Origin: Eledone cirrhosa
Lineage: Eukaryota
Assembly: GCA_964016885.1 (NCBI GenBank)
Contig: OZ024757.1
Location: 23,684,001 to 23,748,000, forward strand
Direction of reading: 5' to 3'
Length of the DNA: 64,000 bases
Made by a program: the position numbers and the translations under genes. Below are positions 53,311-64,000 of the stretch, in pieces (within the stretch, counting starts at the first letter, position 1; every line of letters begins with the position of its first letter). Under the pieces are notes generated by a model. That model ran no database searches, was not told the DNA's origin, and saw nothing but the letters and a program-made list of their open reading frames with translations.

Positions 53311-53402
53311 ACATTTCCAATTTATCGAACATACCCAAGTTTCTAGAGAAGTCGTTAGGCATAATGAGTCAGAAGTTTTTAATGTTGTTTCTAGTTTTAA
53401 AG
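53311..53402 (+). CDS. E2F7/8: E2F7/8 coding exon 5 (start of DBD2)
   Basis: TTTTTTTCAG acceptor; (D)ISNLSNIPKFLEKSLGIMSQKFLMLFLVLK; donor GTAAGT at 53403. Confidence 0.92.
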
Positions 53403-53489
53403 GTAAGTTTAAATTATTATTTTTTTACACATTTTATGTGGAATGTTACCATATTCACCATTGTATTAATAATTATTCAGAACATTTCT

Positions 53490-53830
53490 TGAGTCAGTGT
53501 TGTTGTATGGATCAGATACATGGACCCTGACACCAGCACTTGAGAAGAAGCTAGATGGTGCATACACTAAAATACTTAGGGTTGTACAAAACATAAACTG
53601 ACATCAATATATTACAAATGAAAGTTTATAGAGAAACTTGCTCAAAGATGGTAATGATTTGCTGGAAAAGTAAGATGGAAGTTATACACAAGCTGTTATG
53701 GGAACCAATTCAGGGGAGATACAGTAGAGGAAGACTTGCTGAAACATTCATAGATCAACTCTCAAGCAATACAAACCTGTTTTGAGCAGTTGCCAGGTGC
53801 AATGAAAAATCAAGATTGTTTGACTGATCG
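53490..53830 (+). mobile_element. Degenerate RTE-type LINE remnant in an E2F7/8 intron
   Basis: Translates to LLYGSDTWTLTPALEKKLDGAYTKILRVVQNIN*HQYITNE, typical of the post-RT region of RTE/RTE-X elements, with stops. Confidence 0.7.
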
Positions 53831-54418
53831 CATTGATGACGGTATTGATGATAATTTCACAAAATCAGTAATTTTAGAGAGTGTTGGTGGTGAGTGGGAA
53901 GTCGATTGAATTAGTACCAATATATGATTGGTATTATATTTACCCTTGGTGGATTGGTAGTAGAGGGTCGGACTCATAGAGTTACGGCCCTTGCCATTCT
54001 GAGTTCAAATCCCGCTGAGGTTAACTTTGCCTTTCATCCTTACGGGGTTGATAAAATAAAGTACCAGTAATGCACTGGGTAATTGCTGGCCTTGTGCCAA
54101 AAGTAGAAACAATTATATTTACCCTTGAAACGATGATGGAAGGCAAAGTTGACTGCGCCAGTATTTGAACTCAGAACATAAAAAGCCATAATGCATTTTG
54201 TCTGATGCTCTAATGATTCTGCCTGCCATTTTGATAATAATAATAATGTTGTTGATATTGGACTCTGTCAGTTCTGACAAGGACTGTTCTAGTTGCTCAT
54301 GGAATTAACATGTAAGTGGCTGAGCATTCTGTAGGGTGAATCAGCGTCGTATGAGTGTATATATATTTATATGTGTGTGTTTTATATAATATTAATAATA
54401 ATTACTTTTCTTTTCCAG

Positions 54419-54503
54419 CCAAAAACTGTAAATCTCGATTTGGCTGCAAAAATCTTGATTGGTAACATGACAGTCGATAAAACCGAAAATTCTAAATTCA
54501 AAA
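54419..54503 (+). CDS. E2F7/8: E2F7/8 coding exon 6 (DBD2)
   Basis: TTTTCCAG acceptor; PKTVNLDLAAKILIGNMTVDKTENSKFK; donor GTGAGT, phase 1. Confidence 0.95.
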
Positions 54504-56081
54504 GTGAGTTAAAACATTATATAATATTTCATTTCATTTCATCTTAAGTCTGCTTTTCCTTGCTTGCAAGGGTGGGACGGGAACTGATTCTGGCTTGATT
54601 TTTACAGCTGGATGCCCTTCCTAACACCAATCTCATTTACAGTGAGTGCTGGGTGCTTTTATGCCGTGGCACGTCCATTTTACAGTGTGGGCGGGGTGCT
54701 CTTTTGCAGTGGAATGATAGGGACCCCAGTCCCTATCATCTCATTTCTACAGTTGAGTAAACTGGAACAATATGAAATAAAGTGTCTTGCTCAAGGAAAC
54801 AACACATCACCCGGTCTGAGAATTGAACTCACAAGCTTTCGATTGCAAGGCCATGTGTATATATATATATATACACTGTCAGGTGGTTTGCAATAGGAAG
54901 ACACCTGCTGTAGAAACTATGCCTCAAAAGGGTTGACAGGATCAATGGGCATAACAATCTCTCTTATGTTGGCCCTCTACATAATAAACATAGCCAGTGC
55001 ACACTGTAAGGTGGTTGGTGACAGGAAAGGTGTCCAACCATAGAAGGGTTGGGAGGACTTCCATTTGTTTAAAAATGACAACCTCCCTAGTGCTGGTGCC
55101 ACAATAAAATGCACTCAGTAGGACATAGGACGATATATAAGCGAGAATAAAGACTTCTGGCCTGTTGGGGGGGGGGGGGGGGTCAGTAGCCCCACTTCAG
55201 TGCTGAGCTGACTTGGACTGTGAAGACCCAGGGAAAAAGTCTAAAGTCTGTCTTAAGCCCTGAGGCTCATCAGGCCAGTGCTTTTTCTAGTTTCCATGGT
55301 GTTAAGCAACTGGGATCATGATTTTCCCCTGGACAGGATGCTAGTCCATCATAGGGTTAAACCCCCAACTATTATTGCTGGTACCCATTTTCACCTGAGT
55401 ATATTGGAGCAACATAAAATAAAGTATTTTGCTCAAGAACACAACACACGGCATTAAGCTTGTGAGTCCAACACCACTAAACCACACACCTCCCCTGGCA
55501 GGGATGTTCAATAATTAGGATGATGGTGATGATATATCTACTGTAGCTTGGGATTGATCCAGGCTTTGTGAGAGAATTTTCGTTTGACTAACTGAAACTG
55601 TTTTAGTATATATATATATATATTGGTGGATAGCATGGTAGAACCAGTGGAGCACCAAGCAAGATGCCCTGTGGTATTTGGTTATATCACTTTACTAAAC
55701 TGCCTGAAACCTGTCATGGTTCTGTAATACAAATCTGTTTATTTTAAAGGGTTTTACCTTCCTATATTTTGTCTTATTGTTGTAGGCTTCATTTTATTTT
55801 GTTTTGTATGTATAGTGGGTTGTGTAGGTTTTTGTAGTACATGCAGTTTGGGACAGGGCAAGAAGAGTAATTTATAGGCAGATGGGAGGAAGAAGCTAGA
55901 ATATAAAATATATAATATGGTATACATTTTGTGATTTATTATATTCTAACTTCTCCCTCTAGCTTACTCTTCTTGCTTTGCCCTGAACCACATGCACTAC
56001 AAAAAAAATCTACACAACCCACTATATATATATGTTGCTTGAGATATACCAATGCATTATATATATATATTTTGCTTTCAG

Positions 56082-56225
56082 CTAAAATTCGCCGTCTTTA
56101 CGATATTGCAAACATCTTAACGAGTTTGGGGTTAATTCGTAAAATTCATGTGACGGAGATCCGTGGCAGAAAGCCAGCATTCAAATATATTGGACCAGAG
56201 GTAGACAGTTCAACTGACATCAGTA
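56082..56225 (+). CDS. E2F7/8: E2F7/8 coding exon 7 (DBD2 recognition helix)
   Basis: (T)[47 protein letters not shown], the E2F7/8 DBD2 signature; donor GTAAGT at 56226. Confidence 0.97.
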
Positions 56226-56369
56226 GTAAGTGGCTTTATTCTTTATTCTCTCTCTCAATTTTTATTTTTCTCACGCCCTTTGTATATATGTGTGTGTGTA
56301 TGCATGTGGATCTGTTTGTATATATGTATATACTCAAGTTCTCTGTAATAATAATATATTTCCCTTCAG

Positions 56370-56441
56370 CTTGTAGCTCAGATGGCTGCCACAGACCAAG
56401 TTCCAGGCATTCCTTGCTTGACTGTGTTAAAAATCAAAAAG
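56370..56441 (+). CDS. E2F7/8: E2F7/8 coding exon 8
   Basis: TCCCTTCAG acceptor; (T)[23 protein letters not shown]; donor GTAAGT; 72 nt, phase 1-1. Confidence 0.85.
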
Positions 56442-56954
56442 GTAAGTTATTTAAGGATTTTTAAACCCTTAATGAAATAATTAATAATTCAATTTAAGCA
56501 AATCCCTTCCCCTTCCCCAAGTCCTTTATTAATTAATTGAAATAGAATGTATATCATTAGAGATATTCATCATGTGTTCTGTTGTTGACTTGGTTTTCTA
56601 CAGCTTAATGCCAACCACTCTATAGTGTCCTGGCAACTCCTTTTTCAGTGCACCAGCACTACTACTTTACAGAATGAATTGGGTGCTTTTTGTCAGGTTA
56701 CCAGCACTACTGCACTCATGAAAGAGTTATGTAGGCACCATAGACTTTATATATATATAATTTATAACTCTTTAAAGTTAACTGTCTAATACGTAAGCAT
56801 CTCAATGAAAGAACAAGATATACTAATAAATTAATTATCCACTCAGAGAAGTATTAAAATATATCAAACTTAAGCCAAAATCTCATTTTGTGGGTTGATA
56901 CAAGTCAAATTGGCTAAAAAGGTTTTTACTAAGGTCCATTTAACTTATATAATA

Positions 56955-57036
56955 CCCCAAACATGGTTTCTGAAACTCAAGATACAACATCGGGAATTCC
57001 AAGACATTAGAAGAATTTAAGTTTCTTCATCAGGGG
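56955..57036 (-). ncRNA. Hammerhead-like motif, antisense within an E2F7/8 intron
   Basis: Minus strand: CCC-CTGATGA-A-GAAACT...AGTTTC-A-GAA-ACCATGTT-T-GGG; stem III one base from palindrome ACCATGGT. Confidence 0.55.
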
Positions 57037-57265
57037 AAAAATTCTTCACAGAAGTATGAAGTCTTTTTTATTTTACCTCAAAATATTAGATATATAGTTT
57101 CCTATGATATTGGCAGTGTGCAACTGCTCTGGGGTCTGAGGTTTTTAGCTTTGATTCTCATAGTTACATGACCATTATATATTATGTATCGATCTCTTGA
57201 TATATGTATTTATATTATATCTGTGTGTGTGAAGGGTTATAAGTTGTTATTTATTTCTGTTTCAG

Positions 57266-57331
57266 TTGCTAATATTCTTAATAAACCTGGTAAAGCTGGG
57301 CAGCTCAGTGAAGGCCTCTTGACATCACAAG
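57266..57331 (+). CDS. E2F7/8: E2F7/8 coding exon 9
   Basis: TGTTTCAG acceptor; (V)ANILNKPGKAGQLSEGLLTSQ; donor GTATAT; 66 nt, phase 1-1 (skippable in frame). Confidence 0.75.
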
Positions 57332-57780
57332 GTATATTTCAGTTTTGTTGTGCTTTTATTTAAAATAAAATAAACTAACTTGCTATTTTACTTTAGAGGT
57401 GAAACACCCTACACCACCCTTACTCTGTAAAGTTATGTTGGTACCACAAAACATCCAGCCCACTGGAAAGTGGTTGTGTAGGTGTCAGGACAAAAAGCAC
57501 CCAGTACACACTGTAAATGTGGTTGGCGTTAGGAAGGGCATCCAGCCAGAAACAGTCCTGTGAGCAAGACGCAGTCACCCGACCCAACTTGCCTCAAATG
57601 GGACAAACCCGTCTAACCCATGCTAGTGTGGAAGATTGGTGTTAATCGATGATGGTGCGTGTATATGTATGCGTATGTAAATTTATATTTTAAATTACAA
57701 TTTTTTCCTTCTATTTCATGAAATGATTCTGACTATATTAAATTGATCTAATTCTTTTTTTATATAAATCTATAATTCAG

Positions 57781-57924
57781 ATGATTTATACTGTCATGGT
57801 TCGGTCAGCACAAAGAAGTCATTTGCCCGCCATTCCTCATTTGACAGTATTTGTGAAGTGGCTGAAAAAGAAAGAACAAAGTTATTTTCTCAACCTTCGA
57901 CACCATTGAAGGAAAATAAAAATG
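57781..57924 (+). CDS. E2F7/8: E2F7/8 coding exon 10
   Basis: (D)DLYCHGSVSTKKSFARHSSFDSICEVAEKERTKLFSQPSTPLKENKN; the RHxSF...SxPS segment resembles the post-DBD2 motif of vertebrate E2F7/8; KEN motif; phase 1-1. Confidence 0.9.
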
Positions 57925-58653
57925 GTAAATTGAGATTTTTTTTTTCTTTCTTTTCTCTAACTTTTGTATTAGCCTTTTTTATACCATTCCAGCCAAAACT
58001 GACTTCTATGAAACAAAACAACCCATTTTATCGGGTGCTTGGCATAATATATCTTCCTGGCAATCTTTTTATAACAAGTCTTTACTTAGGTTAGGACAGT
58101 GAATTGGCAGTCATTAGAATGTCTGATAGAATGCTTTGCGGTATTCATTCCAGTTCTCTACTCTTTGAGGTCAATTTTGCCTTATTGATATATAAAGTAC
58201 TAGTCTAATACTAGAGTCAATTCTTCTCTATATCTTTTTCTCACTTCCATTCTCTTTATCCTTCTCTGGAAAAAATCTGCTCTATTCAGACCTGGAGTGG
58301 AGATTGGTTCTGCCAGATTTTTTTTAATTCCCAAGAAACACCGTCTGCCACTGTGATATACATTCCTACAACTCAATCTGGAGTTGTACGTCCATATCAG
58401 CTTATATTCACTGTCTAAACAATGTGTTGATTAACTGCCTCAACTTATAAACAGTCTCTCTCAGACATAAAAAGGTGGGGTCCCTGATATTCAGATCTGT
58501 TTATATTCGCGTATATATACTAGTTATATTACTAAATCCCTCAAATCTGGATTATTTTCAAAATGATTTGTCAGAAATTTGTTCTCATGAAATTATTATT
58601 AATTGCATTTTAATTCTGAAACTTTAATATCATTATTATTATTATTATTCCAG

Positions 58654-60146
58654 AGTGGTGCCAGTCCATTCAGCAAAGGAAAGAAAATAATGCCCAACAT
58701 ATAATTTTGGTACAGAAGGGAAATGAGATTCATGGATACCAAGTTCTTCCAAATCCCCCCGTTTCCAAGTCTATAAATACTTGCAGTGCTGCTCCTGTTG
58801 CTAGCACAGCTACTTCAGAGGTTAGCATTCCAGTAGCAACTAATATAGCCACTTCAACTGGTGCAGCAAAGACCTCACAAAGTTCAACTGTCACACCAGC
58901 TGCTAAGGTACTTAGCCCCAAAGTAGAATGTTCTCATTCCTTGATCAAGCATTCCATGAACAACAATTTAACTGCTAAACAAATGGAGGCTGTTTTAAAG
59001 TCTTTGAAAGACCCAATTCCTCTTGCGTCTAATTTACCCACATCGTTGGTTGATGCCTCAACACAGTCGTCCCCTTCGGCAGACCAGTCAGACAAGCACA
59101 GTGTTTCAGAAGATATGAAACCAACAGATGTCTCCCTATCAGATGAGCCAGTTTCGAAAAAGCGCCGAGTTCAAGAGAATTATAAGGAAAGTACCGAATC
59201 TGCTGAACTCCAGAAGAGCCCCTCAGGCAGTTATGAGACTAGCAAACGACAATCTCCAATCAGAGCTTTACATTTAGAACCAGCGTTTCAAGCTGCTAAA
59301 TGTTCTGACTCAGACTGCCCCTTAAATTCTTCCATTGTTATTCCTGACAAAGATGATCTTGCTGTTCCTCTCATTCCTATCAGTGATACTGAAGACAAAT
59401 CTTTCAAGGCTGTGTTATCAGGTACTACTGCTACTTCTACACCAAAGGCATGTAGCTGTAACTGCTGTATGAACAAACATTCCATCTACAACGTACAGCC
59501 GACCACACCAAAGCTTATGCATATCTCTAACCAAACCTCATCTCATTCTGTTGTGCAGCTCCCTTTGTTAGCTGTTGCTAGTGTTAGTGCCAGTCCAGCT
59601 GCAGCAGCCAACAGCTTTGCATATGCCAATACCGACATGGCTCCAACACTTGCCAATATTTCTGCCAGAGCTATGAAGGTACACCAACTTTCCAGTCCAC
59701 ATATTGTCATGCCAGTAGCATTTACCTCTTCCCCTGTATCTAATATTGCCATCGCCGAGAATCCACAATCAAGCCCGACTTTAGTGGCTTTCCCCGTTTC
59801 CCAACCCACCATGACATTGGCCCCTGTACAGCTGATTCAGTCTTCAGGTAACAGCAGTAATTCTCATTTGAAAACCCCCACCCCAATAACTCTTCACAAT
59901 CAAGCATCAACGCCAAACAGTCAGATCTTTTTCCAGTCTCCATGTACATTATTCGATGACTTAACATTTGCGACTCCCAGCTCATTCTTTCGCAACACGC
60001 CAAACCCAAACTTAGATCCTTCATCTTCTCAATCTGGTTTGATGCCTGAATTAAAACGCTTCAAACCCCAGGTCCTGACACAGGATAAACAGCAGGTTTG
60101 TGCTAGCAGTGCAGCTCGACGACTTAATTTAATAGAGTCTCCATAA
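58654..60146 (+). CDS. E2F7/8: E2F7/8 terminal coding exon 11 (S/T/P-rich C-terminus)
   Basis: TTCCAG acceptor at 58652-53, in frame with the 479-aa ORF to TAA at 60144-46. Basic KKRR (NLS-like) and terminal RRL (cyclin-docking-like) motifs. Exon lengths sum to 3072 nt. Confidence 0.92.
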
Positions 60147-62621
60147 TGTTGGCTAATTCTGCTTTTACTGTTTTTGCAGGCATTTTCCTATCGACTGTAT
60201 ATTTTTCATACAGCCTGGTGTTTTAGTTACGTATTACACTCGCATCAGTCAAGAGTGTATGCAATAACATTTATTTGTCTGCCTGGAATATGTGATACCA
60301 TCAATATCATTTTTTTATCAGTCACTTTAACATTCTCTTTTTGCCTGGAAGTCAGCTACAAAAGATGAATTTCTGAGTATTTATCATTCCCCGATAAAAA
60401 AGATGTCTATCCAAAGTTAATTTATATTTTCATTGCTTAATTATTTGAATTAATAACCTACTTCCAAGCTTTCTAAGATGTTATTTAGCTGGGATTAAAA
60501 TATGAGTGAATGGAAAGAATATTATTTTATTCATCAAATCTGAAAATATTTGCAATCACTGTTCTCAGAGGGACAGGTGCAATATTTATATAGTTATTGA
60601 ATTGTTGGTCAATGAAAGGACACAAACACAAACTGGCTTGTATCTTTGTTCAACTGAGCACTGTATATATTGCCGTGACTACTGAGCAGTGTTTAATTGT
60701 TACTACTGTGTACTGAGGTGACAGCTATGCATCATATATTGTGGTGGCACCATATCACTATATATTATTGCTGCAGTTGGGCAGTATATACTGTGGTGAG
60801 AGCTGAGCTCATTGTTGCTGACAGCTTAGCACTATATTATTGCTGCAGTTGAGCAGTATACACTGGCAAGTTTGATATTGCTGTTGTTGCTGAGCGGTGT
60901 TAAACTAAGTATTATATATTGTTACAGCTAAGCCATGATCAGTTGAACACTATATATTGTGATGGTTGCTGAGTAGTGTTCAGCTAAACACCATGTACTG
61001 TACTGTGGTAACAGTTAAGCCATGTTCAGCTAAGCACTATATATATTATTGTTGCAGTTAAGTCGTGTTCAGCTAAACACTATATATTGTGGTAACTGCT
61101 GAGTAGTGTTCTTAAATTTTAGAAGACTATGCTGAAGTTAACAAGTTTTAAATGAACTAAATTAGTGTCATTAGCTTCAATTTACTGTGGGGGGTTCGAG
61201 TGACCAGGTGTGTTCTGGTTCCTCCACTCTAACCTGTTGGTTATTACCCATAGACTGTGATAAGTCACCTCATATTGAGGTTATTCCTACCCCCTATTCC
61301 CCCCTCCTTTGCTCCTCTTCCTTCATACTGATTGAAATAAATCTGTATTTCTGTTGTGTATTAATTACTATAAGTTGTTCCAAAGATTATTTCCAAACTG
61401 AAGCAATAACGATATATTTTAAAGATCTCAGTCACTGAATACACTTTTAAAAGAAGCAAGTTTCTTTACACACACCCCATTATTTTTTTTGTTTTTTAAT
61501 TCAATTTTCAATCATTTACGATTCCAAGAGATATTTAATTGAATTCTCTGTTACAAAATATACCTAGTGTGCTCACTAAAACCTCTTCATTAACGATAGT
61601 AAAGGCTGCCTTCCTTTTAACCCCCTATCTCTCCTACATCTTTCAACTTAATATTGCATATCTCCTCTCCAACTTTATATCTGTCTTGCCATTTTCTCTG
61701 GGAAGTAATTTCACAAAGACAGTATGTATATGTATATTTTTAAGTCTGTCTTATTTTATTTTCCCTCCACACCCCCCTCTCTCTCTCTCTGTTAAGACAA
61801 CAGTATCAATCAGTATTTATTCATAAAGTTATTTTTATATTGAAAAAATACCCCCTCCCCTTTTTTTATGCTTCCCGGAGCATGTTTAAAAAGTGATCAC
61901 ATCTTCCCCTCTAATCTGTTTGGTTTCCTAGCATGTTCTTTGTGATACAAATTTGTATTAAAAAAAAAACCACACACATTTAAATGTACTTTTTATTTTT
62001 GTCTAATAAGAGTATATATATAGTTAAAAGAGATTGTACAGGTTATATCTACTCAACTTTTTATTAGATTATTTCAAAGTCTATTTGTATACATTCCCCT
62101 CTCCACCCTCTCTAGAGAAATATATTATTTGTTTTTAACACATAGAAATGTGGCTGATGGATGTCCCAGCCCAAAGAAGGATTTGTATTTGGCATTAAGA
62201 TGACTTAAGATATTCTGTGATAAGGGAAAATATTAGATAAATATGTATATTATATATATAATTATATATCATGTCCATTATATATGTATATATATATATT
62301 AAGTAAGTATGTTTGGAATGCGGCAAGCGAAGTTTAGAATTGATATAGAAATAGCTTTGCTGTAATATATTTGAATACATAATATAGTCTAATGGTGGGG
62401 CATATAAACCTACTGAACAGAAAAGGGTGGGTATCCCATGTGTGCAGGTACCCATCTTTTATACCATTCAGTGGGTTTATAAGCCCCATCATTAGACTTT
62501 ATTACAGTGAAGCTTCTATTTCAATATCTCTCTCTATATATATCATGTCCACTTTTTATTTTTGTGACGTCATCTCATTTTCACTGATACTCATTCAATT
62601 AATTATTTCTAAATTTAGCAG

Positions 62622-62657
<36 letters not shown>

Positions 62658-62686
62658 GAAATTTAAAAAAATTATATTTTTATCTT

Positions 62687-62733
62687 AATAAAATTTGATG
62701 CTGCAAGATTTTGTGAATTCTTATTGAAATAAA
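62687..62733 (+). terminator. Candidate polyadenylation signals of E2F7/8 (3' UTR ~2.6 kb)
   Basis: AATAAA at 62687 and 62728, followed by a T-rich tract; SINE-free sequence between the stop codon and here. Confidence 0.45.
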
Positions 62734-64000
62734 ATACATGAAAGTCAAATCATTATTTTTTTTCTCTCTCTTTTTATCTGCTTTCCATTCATTAACCCCT
62801 GCATGTGAGGGAGAGGGTATTCGATCAATTATATTGTTTTAACTACTAGCCATGGAGTGTTTGTGAACCTGCTTCAAATCCATACCTTTTCTAAGATTGA
62901 AAGAAACAGTAATGAATTAACCCTCTAGTATTTACATTACTATATATACTATTGTATATTCATGGTAAAGGCTTTACTACTTTATTTTTAGAATAATACC
63001 GTAACCCTTTAGCATTTAAACTGGCTATATCCGGCCAGAATTCTCTCACTCTTTCTGTTAAAGCTGGCCGTAACCAGCCCCTCATGCTGATGTAAATAAA
63101 TAGCATCAAAATTTCATAGATTCAATATTATGTGAAATAAAGCCTTTACCACAAAAATACAATGGTAATATAGAGGAATGTGAATGCTAAAGGCTTAATG
63201 TTATATGAGCAGCTGGTTACGGGCGGTTTGAACAGAAAGAGATGAGAATTCTGGCTGGTTTGAATAATAATGGGTTGGGTTAAGTGTAAGAATTGTAATG
63301 TGCCAGCTTCAGCAGAAGGGAGGTAGATGTAAAAACCAAAGTCGCTATTTTCAATTGGTCAATCTGGTCATGAATATAAGCAGCAAAAGGGTCTTTGGAG
63401 TCTTGTTACTTGAAAGAGTGCATAGCTCGGAGATCAGGGAGCCACTACCTCTCCGACTTGAGAGATTAGAATGTCTTGGTGAAAGAATTACTGGACAGAT
63501 TTAACAGGCAAAACAAACTGGCAGTAGAACCCCGAGTAAGATAATTGGGGATCCAACCAGATCAATTGGAGCCTTCTAACAGGAACCACTTGAAGGTGTG
63601 TAATGAATCTGTCTCTACAACTCTCCCAGGAAATACGATCACTTATTCCGAGTGGTGGTGTCATGGTAAAATGTACCCAATTGGTGGGGTGGGAGTGAAA
63701 AGTCTAAGATTCCCCCTCCCCCACTTCTCTTCTTTCCATGGAAGAAGTCCTTAGAATCATATTAGGAGGTAAGTTTAATTGATAGCACACAAAAAAATAA
63801 ATAAAGAAATAATTAAAAAATATTTCCCACATATCTCCCATTTCGGTGGGGAGTGTCTCTATAATTTTACTAAATCTTTCAACGATTTAAATGAAATAAA
63901 ATACAAGGGTTGGCGGAAAAGTTCATAGGTTGACCTAGATACTCTCATGGAATGAGGTTTATTTTCAAACATAATATATATATAAGAACACGAATGGTAA

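Overview
AT-rich, microsatellite- and SINE-dense eukaryotic genomic DNA; the repeat landscape suggests an octopus or other cephalopod (inference). The one well-supported gene is an atypical E2F (E2F7/E2F8 family) on the + strand. Its 11 coding exons from 47515 to 60146 splice at GT-AG sites in consistent phase to a 3072-nt CDS (1023 aa) with two winged-helix DNA-binding domains. It has a probable non-coding first exon and an E2F/CCAAT-rich promoter near 41.2-42.0 kb, and a long 3' UTR to about 62.7 kb. A candidate first coding exon of an unidentified minus-strand gene lies at 4342-4401. The rest is tRNA-derived SINEs, five Tx1/L1-type LINE 3' fragments (four stacked in a (GATA)n tract), non-autonomous DNA elements, a 2.3-kb GAA tract, a 4.1-kb 20-bp minisatellite and SINE-derived tandem arrays. 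The most striking hidden signal is at least 15 type I hammerhead-ribozyme-like motifs (CUGANGA...GAAA...UH) of the Penelope-like-element kind. Many have a palindromic stem III whose sequence varies while staying palindromic, and several sit in fold-back palindromes, two of which enclose copies of sequence found nearby. Almost all long ORFs in the supplied track are simple-repeat artefacts.
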